Assembly: GCA_964585785.1 (NCBI GenBank)
Contig: CAZPFL010000001.1
Span: 3,219 to 67,218 of the forward strand
Origin: an uncultured Rhodospirillaceae bacterium
GTDB lineage: Bacteria; Pseudomonadota; Alphaproteobacteria; UBA8366
Length of the DNA: 64,000 nucleotides
Reading direction: 5' to 3'
Shown: piece by piece, positions 44,454 to 54,497 of the stretch
How positions within the stretch are numbered: the stretch's first letter is position 1
Layout of the letters: the number at the start of each line of letters is the position of its first letter
Translations under genes and position numbers: made by a program
The notes under the pieces: generated by a model
The model's database searches: none
What the model was told of the DNA's origin: nothing
Seen by the model: only the letters and a program-made list of their open reading frames with translations

Positions 44454-44480
44454 ATTCAAATTTTAATTTAGAATTTGAAT
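44454..44480. promoter_or_regulatory. candidate TetR operator (perfect inverted repeat) in divergent promoter region
   Basis: ATTCAAATT-N9-AATTTGAAT, perfect 9 bp arms, in the AT-rich 107 bp spacer between the HlyD/ABC operon start (44404) and the tetR start (44512). Confidence 0.45.
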
Positions 44481-44511
44481 ATAATCGAGAAGCCTAGTAT
44501 TCTGCCTGTTT

Positions 44512-45204
44512 ATGGGAAAGCGTGTGACAATGCGAAGTGCGGGCGTCATGCCGCAAAGGCGCGAACAGGACCGCGCGGACGCGAAGGCCCGCGTGCTGCT
44601 CGAGGCCGCGGGCGCCGTCTTTGCCGAAAAGGGCTTTGCCGGCGCGACGGGGAAGGAGATCTGCGCGCGGGCCGAGGTCAACGCGGCCGCGGTGAACTAT
44701 TATTTCGGCGGCATCGACGGCTTGTACGCGGCGGTGCTGCAGGATGCGCACGACCGGCTCCTGAGCTATCAGGCGGTCAGCGACGCTGTCGCCGGCCAGT
44801 CCGATCCCGAAAGCAAGCTGCGCGCGCTGATCGGGCTGATCGTGCGCACGCTGACCGGCCCCGCCTCGTCGTCATGGATGATGCGCGTCCTCGGGCGCGA
44901 GTTCCTGTCGCCATCGCCGGCGATGGAGGCGTTGCGGCGGCGGGAACTGCCACGCAAGGCGAAGATCATCCAGAGTATCGTCAGCGGCGTGATGGGCCTG
45001 CCCGAAGATCATCCTGCCGTGGCGCGAGGCTGCATCACCGTGATGGCGCCTTGCATCATGTTGCTGGTGGCGGACCGCAGGGCGCTAAAGCTGGCCTTTC
45101 CCCAACTGGGGCTCGGCGCGGAGGATGCGGACGCAATCGTCCAGCATATGGTCCGCCATGCGATCGCGGGCCTGACCGCCGTCAGTCGCTCCCTGCGGGA
45201 ATAA
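44512..45204 (+). CDS. TetR/AcrR family transcriptional regulator
   Basis: 230 aa. ARVLLEAAGAVFAEKGFAGATGKEICARAEVNAAAVNYYFGGIDGLY is the TetR HTH region. Divergent from the MFP/ABC operon. Confidence 0.85.
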   Translation: MGKRVTMRSAGVMPQRREQDRADAKARVLLEAAGAVFAEKGFAGATGKEICARAEVNAAAVNYYFGGIDGLYAAVLQDAHDRLLSYQAVSDAVAGQSDPESKLRALIGLIVRTLTGPASSSWMMRVLGREFLSPSPAMEALRRRELPRKAKIIQSIVSGVMGLPEDHPAVARGCITVMAPCIMLLVADRRALKLAFPQLGLGAEDADAIVQHMVRHAIAGLTAVSRSLRE

Positions 45205-45210
45205 TCGGGA

Positions 45211-45245
45211 ACGGGTGCGTCGAGATGGCGCACCGGTCCATTTTT
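45211..45245 (+). terminator. candidate intrinsic terminator after tetR
   Basis: GGTGCG-N9-CGCACC stem, extendable with one mismatch, followed within 6 nt by TTTTT (45241-45245). Starts 7 nt after the stop codon. Confidence 0.45.
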
Positions 45246-45450
45246 CGTTCCCGGTACGGTTGCCGAAAGGCCTGGAAGCGGCCATTTGTGGCCGCGGGCC
45301 GGCAGTTATCACCCTTTTCGGAAACAGAATGGAACGGTCGCAATACGTCGTAGGATGTATTGCAATTGAGGATAAGTCGCAGTACGATCCGCAGCCAATT
45401 GGAGACGGACCGTGAGTCCGTGTGCCGACACTGGGGAATTGATCCAAGAT

Positions 45451-45792
45451 ATGCATTTGATTTATCGGGTAGTCTTTGTCGTGTTTGCACTGGGATATGG
45501 GTCGATCCTTCCGGCCGCGGCGGCTGATACTGTTTCCTTTCAGCTCGTGATCAAGAACCACCGCTTCGAGCCGTCGGAGCTGCAAGTGCCTGCCGGCAAG
45601 CGCGTGGAGCTGGTGATCGAGAACCGCGACCCGACGCCGGAAGAGTTCGAGAGCCACGATCTGCGGCGCGAAAAAGTGATCCCGGGCAACAGCAAGGCCT
45701 CGGTCTGGGTTGGGCCGTTGCCGGCCGGGGAGTATGGTTTTTACGGCGAGTTTAACCGGGCGACGGCTAAGGGTAAGCTGATCGCGAAGTGA
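45451..45792 (+). CDS. ftrB: periplasmic cupredoxin-like protein (FtrB-like)
   Basis: ATG 45451 gives the signal-like MHLIYRVVFVVFALGYGSILPAAAA, then FQLVIKNHRFEPSELQVPAGKRVELVIENRDPTPEEFESHDL. Symbol is by analogy with the Bordetella/Brucella FtrABCD system. Confidence 0.7.
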   Translation: MHLIYRVVFVVFALGYGSILPAAAADTVSFQLVIKNHRFEPSELQVPAGKRVELVIENRDPTPEEFESHDLRREKVIPGNSKASVWVGPLPAGEYGFYGEFNRATAKGKLIAK

Positions 45793-45799
45793 GGTTGGG

Positions 45800-46639
45800 A
45801 TGATGGGAGCGGCGCTGATCGTTTTTCGCGAGGTCCTGGAGGCCGCGCTGATCGTTGCCATCGTCATGGGCGCGACGCGCGGCGTCGCCGCGCGCGGCCG
45901 CTGGGTCGCCGGCGGCATTGCCGCGGGATTGCTTGGCGCGGCCGTCGTCGCGGTGTTTGCCGGGTCGATCGCCGGCGCGCTCAGCGGACGCGGGCAGGAG
46001 GTGCTCAACGCTGGCGTTCTGCTTGCCGCCGTCGCGATGCTGGCCTGGCACAATGTCTGGATGAGCAGTCATGGCCGAGAGCTTGCACAGCGTATGCGGG
46101 CGGTTGGCCACGATGTCAGCGTCGGCACGCGCCCGCTCTCCGCGCTCGCGCTCGTCACGATGTTCGCCGTGCTGCGCGAGGGCTCGGAAACCGTCCTGTT
46201 CCTGTACGGCATCGCCTCCGGCGGCGCCGGTGCGACAGGCTTGTTTGTGGGCGGCCTGATGGGCGTTGCGGGCGGCGTTGCCGTCGGCTGGCTGCTCTAT
46301 CGCGGCTTGCTGGCGATCCCGCTCGGCCGCTTCATGTCGGTCATCGGCTGGATGGTGCTCTTGCTTGCCGCGGGCCTCGCCGCGAGCGCCGCCGGCTTCC
46401 TGAATCAAGCCGGGCTGGTGCCGGCGCTCGGCATGCGCCTGTGGGACAGCTCGTGGATCCTCGACCAGCGGAGCTGGCTCGGGACGCTGCTGCACATCTT
46501 GGTCGGCTATAACGACGGGCCGATGGGCGTTCAGGTAATCTTTTATGTCGTCACCCTTCTCGTGATCGGCACGCTGATGTGGTTTTCGCGGCGTGGCGCC
46601 GGCGCGCGGCCGCGCCCCGCCGGACAGGCCGCGGAATGA
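45800..46639 (+). CDS. ftrC: FTR1-family high-affinity iron permease (FtrC-like)
   Basis: 279 aa. Two RExxE motifs (REVLE, REGSE) within TM segments. Confidence 0.85.
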   Translation: MMGAALIVFREVLEAALIVAIVMGATRGVAARGRWVAGGIAAGLLGAAVVAVFAGSIAGALSGRGQEVLNAGVLLAAVAMLAWHNVWMSSHGRELAQRMRAVGHDVSVGTRPLSALALVTMFAVLREGSETVLFLYGIASGGAGATGLFVGGLMGVAGGVAVGWLLYRGLLAIPLGRFMSVIGWMVLLLAAGLAASAAGFLNQAGLVPALGMRLWDSSWILDQRSWLGTLLHILVGYNDGPMGVQVIFYVVTLLVIGTLMWFSRRGAGARPRPAGQAAE

Positions 46640-48030
46640 TCGACGGCGCCGGTATCGCTGCGCCGGTCGTTGCCGGCCCGGTTCGTGGTCCCGTGTCGCG
46701 GCGAGTCGAGCGGCTGGCCGTCCGGTTTCGCCCGATCTTCCCCTGGATTCACCTTTCCATGTTCGTGTTTTTCCTCGGCCTGATCGCCGCGCCCGCGATC
46801 TGGCCGGATGGAGCCCTGGCGCATCGCCTTTCGGGGATGGCGAACTGGCTGATCTGGGGTCTGTGGTTTCCGCTGGTGTTTCTGTCGGTGATTTTCGCCG
46901 GGCGGAGCTGGTGCGGCATGCTCTGCCCCATGGGCGCCGCGTCGGAGTGGCTCAATCGGTTCGGACCGAAGCGGCCGGTGCCCGACTGGCTACGTTGGGA
47001 AGGAACGCCGATCGTCAGCTTCCTTTTCATCACCATCCTCGGCCAGACGGTCGGCGTGCGCGACTATCCGGGCGCCATCCTGGAAGTCTTCGGCATGACC
47101 CTCGCGGCGGCGCTGATCATCGGCTTCCTGTATGGCCGCGGCCGGGAAAAGCGCGCCTGGTGCCGCCATGTCTGTCCGATCGGCCTGCTGCTCGGCGTGT
47201 TCTCGCGCCTCGGCATGGTCGATGTGGTGCCGAAACGGCCGAACGAGGGCAGCGACAAATACACCGAGCGCGGGCTTTGCCCGACGATGATCGACCTCAA
47301 GCACAAGACCGAAAGCCGCCATTGCGTGATGTGCATGCGCTGTGTCCAGCCTGAGCGGCGCGGCGGACTGGCGCTGCGATTGCGCGCGCCGGGGGCCGAG
47401 GTCGCCGACATCCAGAATCATCACCCGTCCGCGTCCGAGGTGTGCTTTCTGCTGCTCGGCACCGGCGTCTCGCTCGGCGGCTTTCTCTGGCTCGTCCTGC
47501 CGCAGTATCAGTGGCTGCGCCAGACGTTCGGCGTCTGGGCAATCGACCATGGCTGGAACTGGATCGGCATGCCGGGGCCGTCCTGGCTGATGGTGGTGCA
47601 TCCGGAGGCGCGCGAGGTCTTCGTCTGGCTGGATTTTCTGCTCATAGTCGGCTGGATGGTCGGCATCATGCTCGCCTTCGCCGCGCTTTTGCTCGCGATC
47701 AATGCGCTGGCGGCCTGGCTCGCCGGTCGCTTCGGCGCGCCGGGCGGCTTTGCGTCGCGATTGGTGGCGGTGAGCTATCAGGTCACGCCGCCGGCGATGA
47801 TCTCGCTGTTGCTCGGGCTCGGCGGCGGCCTGTTCTCCCTGCTGCCGCATGACGCCGCGGCGGCGTTGAAGATTGCGCTGCTCGCGGGGTCCGTTGTCTG
47901 GGGCGGCTGGCTCGGCTGGCGTATCCTCGGCCGGATGGGGCTCGCGCCGCGCCATGCGGCCGCGGCGCTTCTTCCCGGTATCGTCGGCAGCATCGTTGTC
48001 GCGCTCGCCTGGTGGCCCGCCGTGGTCTGA
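46636..48030 (+). CDS. ftrD: membrane-bound 4Fe-4S polyferredoxin-like protein (FtrD-like)
   Basis: ATG 46636 (ATGA overlap with the FTR1 stop). Multiple TM segments and Cys clusters CGMLCPMGA, CRHVCPIG, CVMCMRCV. Confidence 0.75.
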   Translation: MIDGAGIAAPVVAGPVRGPVSRRVERLAVRFRPIFPWIHLSMFVFFLGLIAAPAIWPDGALAHRLSGMANWLIWGLWFPLVFLSVIFAGRSWCGMLCPMGAASEWLNRFGPKRPVPDWLRWEGTPIVSFLFITILGQTVGVRDYPGAILEVFGMTLAAALIIGFLYGRGREKRAWCRHVCPIGLLLGVFSRLGMVDVVPKRPNEGSDKYTERGLCPTMIDLKHKTESRHCVMCMRCVQPERRGGLALRLRAPGAEVADIQNHHPSASEVCFLLLGTGVSLGGFLWLVLPQYQWLRQTFGVWAIDHGWNWIGMPGPSWLMVVHPEAREVFVWLDFLLIVGWMVGIMLAFAALLLAINALAAWLAGRFGAPGGFASRLVAVSYQVTPPAMISLLLGLGGGLFSLLPHDAAAALKIALLAGSVVWGGWLGWRILGRMGLAPRHAAAALLPGIVGSIVVALAWWPAVV

Positions 48031-48106
48031 GGCTGATTTTTTTTGCCAACAATCTGCGATTTCTTCGCAATTGCATAAGAACATGAGAATGAAAAGGAGA
48101 AAGATC

Positions 48107-48652
48107 ATGGGGATAAGGGCAGATTGGAAAGCGGTTCTAGTCGCCATGGCGCTGGCCCTGCTGCAGCCCGCATTCGGTGCCGCCGCGGCCGAAATAACCA
48201 TCGGTAAGCCGTTCGAGAAGAACGGCATGGAGGTCGGCGCCGTCTACCTGCAGCCGGTGGTTATGGAGCCGATGATGCCCGGCATGATGGCCGTCACGGA
48301 CGTTCACCTCGAAGCGGACATCCATGCCCAGAAGGGCAACAAGAACGGCTTCGGTCCCGGCGACTGGGTGCCCTATCTCGGCATCACCTATCGCCTGCAG
48401 AAGATCGGCAGCGATTGGGAGACGTTCGGCGCCTTCATGCCGATGGTCGCGAATGACGGGCCGCATTACGGCGCCAATGTGAAGCTGAACGGTCCGGGCA
48501 AGTACCGGCTGACCTACCACATCTTGCCGCCGGTCTATCAGGGCTTCTACCGCCATACCGACAAGGAGACGGGTGTCGCCGCCTGGTGGGCGCCCTTCGA
48601 TGTGAGCTGGGATTTCGTCTTTACGGGAGTCGGCAAGAAAGGCGGCTATTGA
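48107..48652 (+). CDS. ftrA: P19/Tp34-type periplasmic iron-binding protein (FtrA-like)
   Basis: ATG 48107 lies 8 nt after AAGGAG. Signal peptide MGIRADWKAVLVAMALALLQPAFGAAAA, then VHLEADIHA, GDWVPY and MPMVANDGPHYGANVKL, typical of the P19 family. Confidence 0.8.
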   Translation: MGIRADWKAVLVAMALALLQPAFGAAAAEITIGKPFEKNGMEVGAVYLQPVVMEPMMPGMMAVTDVHLEADIHAQKGNKNGFGPGDWVPYLGITYRLQKIGSDWETFGAFMPMVANDGPHYGANVKLNGPGKYRLTYHILPPVYQGFYRHTDKETGVAAWWAPFDVSWDFVFTGVGKKGGY

Positions 48653-48685
48653 TCGAGGCTGCCCGACGCCACCGAGCGTGCCTTT

Positions 48686-48717
48686 GCGGGAGAGGCCCGG
48701 CCGCGGGCTTCTCCCGC
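48686..48717. terminator. candidate bidirectional stem-loop between convergent genes
   Basis: GCGGGAGA-N16-TCTCCCGC, a perfect 8 bp outer stem with additional inner GC pairing. Lies between the P19 gene stop (48652) and the histidine phosphatase stop (48771). Confidence 0.45.
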
Positions 48718-48770
48718 TTGCATCGGCCGGGGAGAGCGCGCTCTGCGATGCGGTTCAACGAGTCTGTGAT

Positions 48771-49361
48771 CTACGGTCGGGCACCGTCGCCGGGCACGGC
48801 GCCCACGATCTCGCAAACGCAGCCGCCATGGAACACGAGGCGGTTCCAGCAACCCGTCGGCTGCGGAATCTCCGCGCCGGCGTCGCGCCGCGGGTCGCAA
48901 TAGGCTTGGATCAATGCCTTGTTGACGGCGTCGTGTCCGACAACCACGACGCTTTCATTCCGCGAATCCCCGACAAGACTGTCGAGCGCCGCTATGACGC
49001 GACGCTCGAACGCGGCCCGCGCCTCGACCTCTGCCGCCGGCGCGCCGTCGACCGATCCGTAACGCGCCTCCAGCTCTGCCTGGGGCTTGCCAGACCAAGG
49101 GCCGTAGTCACGATCGGCGAAGGCGGGTTCCGCGGTCACGGTCAGACCATGCGGTTCCGCGATCGCCCGCGCGGTCTCAAAAGATCGCTCGAGCGGGCTG
49201 GAAACCACCTTGTCCAAAGCGACGGACGCGAAGAGCGTGCCGAGACGCAACGCCTCGGATAAACCGACAGCGTCGAGCGGCGCGTCGATCCGGCCGCGCA
49301 ATAGCCCACTCGCGTTGAGAGCGGTCCGTCCGTGCCGGACCAGAAAAACGGTCGTCGCCAT
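48771..49361 (-). CDS. histidine phosphatase family protein (phosphoglycerate mutase-like)
   Basis: From ATG 49361: MATTVFLVRHGRTALNASGLLRGRIDAPLD (RHG motif) and VVVVGHDAVNKALI. Confidence 0.85.
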   Translation of the reverse strand: MATTVFLVRHGRTALNASGLLRGRIDAPLDAVGLSEALRLGTLFASVALDKVVSSPLERSFETARAIAEPHGLTVTAEPAFADRDYGPWSGKPQAELEARYGSVDGAPAAEVEARAAFERRVIAALDSLVGDSRNESVVVVGHDAVNKALIQAYCDPRRDAGAEIPQPTGCWNRLVFHGGCVCEIVGAVPGDGARP

Positions 49362-49600
49362 GCGCAAGGGTCCTGCTGCGCGATCATGCCTCGAGCGTTT
49401 TGCATTATTGCGCTCGCGGCGGCGCAACGCATCCCCAAAGCCGAAGCCGGCGTAACGCGGTGTGTGGATGCCCGCGTCGCCTGATGTGGGGCCGGCAAGG
49501 CTTGAACGAGATCAACGCGCTGTGGCGAAACATGCCTTACCGGTTCCGTTTCGGGGGGCTACAGTGCCGCTTCGGCCGGGCAGGCCAGAGAGGGACGTTG

Positions 49601-50596
49601 ATGTCATTTCGCCAGAGAATTCTGATCGTGGCCGTTTTGGTGGCCGCGGCGGCCGGCGGCGCGTACTACTGGTGGCAGCAGCAGCAGAACACGCTGCCGG
49701 CCTATATTGCGGTGGGCAACGGGCGGATCGAGGCGGAAGAGGTTCAGGTCGCTGCTAAATACGCCGGTCGCGTTGCCCAGGTCCTGGTCGACGAAGGGGA
49801 CATGGTCAAACAAGGCCAGGTCCTCGCCCGCATGGACACCGCGGAGCTCCAGGCAAGCCTCGCCAAGGCCAAGGCGGACGTCGCCCAGGCGACAGAGGCC
49901 GTCGCGGAAGCCAGGGCGCTCATCGTTCAGCGCGAAAGCGAGCTGAAATACGCCCAGCAGGAACTGGCACGCGCCCAATTTCTCATTCAGAAAGGGCATA
50001 TCTCCAAACAATCGGCCGATCAGAAGCAGACCGCGCAGGACACCGCCCAGGCGGCGCTCGAAGCGGCCCGCGCGCGCCTCGTCAGCAGCGAGCGCGCCGT
50101 AGAATCCGCGTCGGCGGAGGCGCGGCGGATCCAGACCCAGATCGATGACTCCTCGCTCACCGCGCCGCGGCCGGGACGTATCGAATACCGCCTGGCGGAG
50201 CCGGGCGAGGTGCTTGCCAGCGGCGGCAAGGTCGTCACGCTGCTCGATCTCAGCGACGTCTACATGACCATTTTTCTGCCGACCGCGCAGGCGGGCCGTG
50301 TCTTCATCGGCTCCGAGGCGCGCATTATTCTTGACGCTGCGCCGCAGCTGGTGATTCCCGCGAAGGTCTCGTTCGTTTCCGCGCAGGCGCAATTCACGCC
50401 GCGCGAGGTGGAGACTCAGAGCGAGCGCGAGAAGCTCATGTTCCGGGTCAAGGTCAAGATCGATCCCGCCGTGCTGCGGGCCCATATGGAAAAGGTGAAG
50501 ACCGGCTTGCCGGGCGAGGCTTACGTTCTGCTGGGCTCAAACGCGACGTGGCCGGAGCGGTTCGCGGTGAAGCTTCCGCCGGTATCGAAGAAATGA
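49601..50596 (+). CDS. HlyD-family membrane fusion protein (YhiI-like)
   Basis: ATG 49601 after [35 protein letters not shown] segment, coiled-coil region, and a C-terminal beta domain. The extension to 49400 is discounted. Confidence 0.85.
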   Translation: MSFRQRILIVAVLVAAAAGGAYYWWQQQQNTLPAYIAVGNGRIEAEEVQVAAKYAGRVAQVLVDEGDMVKQGQVLARMDTAELQASLAKAKADVAQATEAVAEARALIVQRESELKYAQQELARAQFLIQKGHISKQSADQKQTAQDTAQAALEAARARLVSSERAVESASAEARRIQTQIDDSSLTAPRPGRIEYRLAEPGEVLASGGKVVTLLDLSDVYMTIFLPTAQAGRVFIGSEARIILDAAPQLVIPAKVSFVSAQAQFTPREVETQSEREKLMFRVKVKIDPAVLRAHMEKVKTGLPGEAYVLLGSNATWPERFAVKLPPVSKK

Positions 50597-53346
50597 ACGC
50601 GAACGGGCCGCTCGTCGCCCGGCTGCAAGCCGTCACGCACCGCTATGGCAAGACCCTGGCCCTCGACGCGGTCACGCTCGATCTGCCGTCGGGAAGCATG
50701 ATGGGGCTCATCGGGCCGGACGGCGTCGGCAAATCGACGCTGCTTGCGCTCGTCGCCGGCGCGCGAAAGATCCAGTCCGGCCGCGTCGAGGTGCTGGGCG
50801 GCGACATGGCGAGCCGGCGCTATCGCAACCGCGTCTGTCCCCGGATCGCCTATATGCCGCAGGGGCTCGGCAAGAACCTCTACATGGATCTCACGGTCTT
50901 CGAGAACCTGGAGTTCTTCGGCCGGCTCTTCGGCCAGGACCGCGCGGCGCGGCGCCGGCGCATCGCCGAGCTTCTGAAGAGCACGGGCCTCGACCCCTTT
51001 CCCGACCGGCCCGCGGGCAAGCTCTCGGGCGGCATGAAGCAGAAGCTCGGGCTTTGCTGCGCGCTGATCCACGACCCGGACCTGCTCATCCTCGACGAGC
51101 CGACGACCGGCGTGGACCCGCTGTCGCGCCGGCAGTTCTGGGACCTGATCGACCGGATCCGCGCGCGCCGGCCGGGCATGGGCGTGCTCGTCGCCACCGC
51201 CTACATGGACGAGGCCGAGCGGTTCGATTTCCTCGTCGCCATGAATGACGGGAAGGTCCTGGCAACCGGCAGCCCGGCGGCGATCAAGGCCGGGGCCGGC
51301 GCCGAGACCCTCGAAGAGGCTTTTGTCGGCCTCTTGCCGGAAGCGCAGCGGCGCGGGCACAAGACGCTGGAAATTCCGCCCCGCCAGGTGCATGGGGACC
51401 GGCCCGCCATCGTGGCCGAAGGCTTGACGCGCCGGTTCGGTGACTTCGTCGCCGTCGATCATGTGAGCTTCGAGATCGAGCGCGGCGAGATTTTCGGTTT
51501 CCTGGGCTCGAATGGCTGCGGCAAGACAACGACGATGAAGATGCTGACGGCGCTCTTGCCGGCGTCCGAGGGCAAGGCGTGGCTGTTCGGCGAGGAGGCC
51601 AAGGCGAAGGACCTCGAGACGCGCAAGCGTGTCGGCTACATGTCGCAGGCCTTCTCCCTCTACGCCGAGCTGACCGTGCGCCAGAATCTCGATTTGCACG
51701 CGCGGCTATTCCATCTGCCGCGCGAGCGGATTGCCGACCGGATTACGACTTTGATCGAGAGCTTCGGCCTCGCCGGCTATGCGGACGCGCTGACGGAGAA
51801 ACTGCCGCTGGGCGTGCGGCAACGCCTGTCCCTCGCCGTCGCCATCATTCACGAGCCCGAGATGCTGATCCTGGACGAGCCGACCTCGGGCGTGGACCCG
51901 GTCGCGCGGGACAAGTTCTGGGAGCTGCTGATCGACCTTTCGCGCAATCAGGGCGTCACGATCTTCATCTCGACCCATTTCATGAACGAAGCGGCGCGGT
52001 GTGACCGGATCTCGCTGATGCATGCCGGCCGGGTCCTGGCCAGCGGCACGCCGGCGGCTCTGATGAAGCAGCGTGGCGTGGACTCGCTGGAGGACGCCTT
52101 CGTCGCTTATTTGCAGGACGCGTCCGCCGAGGCGGCTTCCGCGGATGCGGGCGAGACGCCGGTTGCGCCGCCGGCGGAGACCGCGTCCCGCGCAGATGGA
52201 AGACCGGCGCTGCATCACGGATTCAGTTTCCGCCGCCTTTTCGCCTATAGCCGCAGGGAAACGATGGAGCTGATGCGCGATCCGATCCGCTTGGCCGTGG
52301 CGCTTCTCGGCACGGCGTTCCTGATGCTCGTCTTCGGCTATGGCATCACCTTCGATGTCGAGAAGCTTACCTATGCCGCGCTCGACCGCGACCAGACACC
52401 GGAGAGCCGGACCTTTCTCGAAGGGTTTGCCGGCTCGCGCTATTTCCAGGAGCGCCCGCCGATCAAGAATCACGCCGACCTGGATCATCGGCTGAAGAGC
52501 GGCGACATCACGCTCGCGATCGAGATCCCGCCGAATTTCGGCAAGGCCCTGCTGCAAGGCCGGCGGCCCGAGGTGGCGGCCTGGATCGATGGTGCGATGC
52601 CATTCCGCGCGGAGACCATCCGCGGCTATGTGGAAGGTCTGTACCGGACCTATCTCGCGGCGCTTTCGCGCCGCGCTTATGGCGTCGAGCCGGACCTCCT
52701 GCCGGCCGATATCGAGTCGCGCTACCGCTATAACCAGGCCTTCAAGAGCATTTTCGCCATCGTTCCCTCGGTGATCGCGCTGATGCTCGTCTTCATCCCG
52801 GGGATCCTGATGGCGCTCGGCGTGGTCCGGGAAAAGGAGCTCGGGTCAATCACCAATCTCTACGTCACGCCGGTCACGCGGCTCGAGTTCCTTCTCGGCA
52901 AGCAGCTTCCGTACATCGCGCTGGCGATGGTCAATTTCTTCGTGATGGTCGCGTTGGCGCTTTTCCTGTTCGGCGTTCCGGTCAAGGGCAGCTTTCTCAC
53001 GTTGACCCTCGGCGCGTTTCTGTATGTGACCGCGACGACCGGGCTGGGACTGCTGATTTCCTCCTTCACCCGGACCCAGATCGCCGCGCTGTTCGGCACG
53101 GCTATTGCCACCATGGTGCCGGCGGTCCTGTTCTCCGGCATGATGCAGCCGGTCTCGTCGCTCGAGGGCGGCGCGGCGCTGTTCGGGCAAGGCTTTCCGA
53201 CCGGTTACTTCATGACGATCAGCGTCGGGACCTTCACGAAGGCGCTCGGCGCGTCCGACCTCTCGACGAAGCTTTTCGCGCTTGCCCTGTTCTTCCCGGT
53301 CTTGACGGCGGTCAGCGCGCTGCTGCTCAAGAAACAGGAGCGCTGA
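50593..53346 (+). CDS. fused ABC transporter: two NBDs plus ABC-2 permease domain (RbbA/YhiH-like)
   Basis: ATG 50593 (ATGA overlap with the HlyD stop). Walker A sites GPDGVGKST and GSNGCGKTT, two signature motifs, and a C-terminal six-TM ABC-2 domain. About 917 aa. Confidence 0.9.
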   Translation: MNANGPLVARLQAVTHRYGKTLALDAVTLDLPSGSMMGLIGPDGVGKSTLLALVAGARKIQSGRVEVLGGDMASRRYRNRVCPRIAYMPQGLGKNLYMDLTVFENLEFFGRLFGQDRAARRRRIAELLKSTGLDPFPDRPAGKLSGGMKQKLGLCCALIHDPDLLILDEPTTGVDPLSRRQFWDLIDRIRARRPGMGVLVATAYMDEAERFDFLVAMNDGKVLATGSPAAIKAGAGAETLEEAFVGLLPEAQRRGHKTLEIPPRQVHGDRPAIVAEGLTRRFGDFVAVDHVSFEIERGEIFGFLGSNGCGKTTTMKMLTALLPASEGKAWLFGEEAKAKDLETRKRVGYMSQAFSLYAELTVRQNLDLHARLFHLPRERIADRITTLIESFGLAGYADALTEKLPLGVRQRLSLAVAIIHEPEMLILDEPTSGVDPVARDKFWELLIDLSRNQGVTIFISTHFMNEAARCDRISLMHAGRVLASGTPAALMKQRGVDSLEDAFVAYLQDASAEAASADAGETPVAPPAETASRADGRPALHHGFSFRRLFAYSRRETMELMRDPIRLAVALLGTAFLMLVFGYGITFDVEKLTYAALDRDQTPESRTFLEGFAGSRYFQERPPIKNHADLDHRLKSGDITLAIEIPPNFGKALLQGRRPEVAAWIDGAMPFRAETIRGYVEGLYRTYLAALSRRAYGVEPDLLPADIESRYRYNQAFKSIFAIVPSVIALMLVFIPGILMALGVVREKELGSITNLYVTPVTRLEFLLGKQLPYIALAMVNFFVMVALALFLFGVPVKGSFLTLTLGAFLYVTATTGLGLLISSFTRTQIAALFGTAIATMVPAVLFSGMMQPVSSLEGGAALFGQGFPTGYFMTISVGTFTKALGASDLSTKLFALALFFPVLTAVSALLLKKQER

Positions 53347-53347
53347 G

Positions 53348-54475
53348 ATGCGGCGCCTCGAAAATATCTACCGCCTCGGCATCAAGGAGCTGTTCAGCCT
53401 GCGTCACGATGCGGTCCTGCTCGCGCTCATCGTCTGGGCCTTCACTTTCTCGATCTACACGGCCGCCACGGGCATGTCGCACGATCTGCACAACGCGTCG
53501 ATCGCCATCGTCGACGAAGATCACTCGCAACTGTCGACGCGGATTCGCGAGGCTTTCCTGCCGCCCTATTTCCGCGAACCGAAGATGATTTCCTTCAAAG
53601 ACATCGACCCCGGCATGGATTCCGGGATCTACACCTTCGTCCTGGTCATTCCCGACAAGTTCGAGGCCGATGTCCTCGCCGGGCGGCATCCGGCGATTCA
53701 GGTCGATATCGACGCGACGGCCATGATGCAGGCGGGCATCGGCGACAGCTATATCAGCAACATTCTCTCCCAGGAGATCACGCGGTTCGTCGACGCCGGA
53801 AACAGCGAAGACGCCTATCCGGTCAAAATCCAGACACGCTACGCCTTCAACCCGAACATTACGAGTTCCTGGTTCACCAGCGTCATGGAGATCATCAACA
53901 ACGTGACGATGCTGTCGATCGTGCTGACCGGGGCGGCGCTGATCCGTGAACGGGAGCATGGGACGATCGAGCATCTTCTCGTTATGCCGCTGACGCCGTT
54001 TGAGATCATGATGGCGAAGGTGTGGGCCAACGGCTTGGTCATTCTCGTCGCGGCCGGTCTGTCGCTGTGGCTTGTCGTCGAGACGCTCCTCCGGGTTCCG
54101 GTCGCCGGCTCGGTGCCGCTTTTTCTCGCGGGCACCGCGCTCTATCTCTTCTTCGCGACGGCGCTCGGCATCTTCCTCGCGACCCTGGCGCGGTCGATGC
54201 CGCAGTTCGGTCTCATCTTCATGCTGGTCATCCTGCCGATGGAGCTGCTCTCCGGCGGTAACACGCCGATCGAAAGCCAGCCCCAGGCCCTGCAAATAAT
54301 CATGCAGGCCGTGCCGTCGACCCATTTCGTGAGCTTTGCGCAGGCTATCCTTTACCGCGGCGCCGGGATCGACATCGTGTGGCCGCAATTCGCGCTTGTC
54401 GCCGGCATCGGCGGTCTCTTTTTCGCATTCGCCGCGGTCCGCTTCCGGAAAAGCATCGCCGCCATGCAGAGCTGA
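53348..54475 (+). CDS. ABC-2 type transporter permease (YhhJ-like)
   Basis: 375 aa. Starts 1 nt after the upstream stop. LGIKELFSLRHDAVLLALIVWAFTFSIY plus TM segments. Confidence 0.85.
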   Translation: MRRLENIYRLGIKELFSLRHDAVLLALIVWAFTFSIYTAATGMSHDLHNASIAIVDEDHSQLSTRIREAFLPPYFREPKMISFKDIDPGMDSGIYTFVLVIPDKFEADVLAGRHPAIQVDIDATAMMQAGIGDSYISNILSQEITRFVDAGNSEDAYPVKIQTRYAFNPNITSSWFTSVMEIINNVTMLSIVLTGAALIREREHGTIEHLLVMPLTPFEIMMAKVWANGLVILVAAGLSLWLVVETLLRVPVAGSVPLFLAGTALYLFFATALGIFLATLARSMPQFGLIFMLVILPMELLSGGNTPIESQPQALQIIMQAVPSTHFVSFAQAILYRGAGIDIVWPQFALVAGIGGLFFAFAAVRFRKSIAAMQS

Positions 54476-54497
54476 GCTTCCCGGCTCGCCCGTGAGT

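Noticed and set aside
44467-44483. TTTAGAA half-site in the tetR spacer as an Irr iron-control element near the ftr genes.
   Set aside because: Only one half of TTTAGAA-N3-TTCTAAA is present; the second half matches 3 of 7. The perfect 9-N9-9 palindrome is the better explanation.
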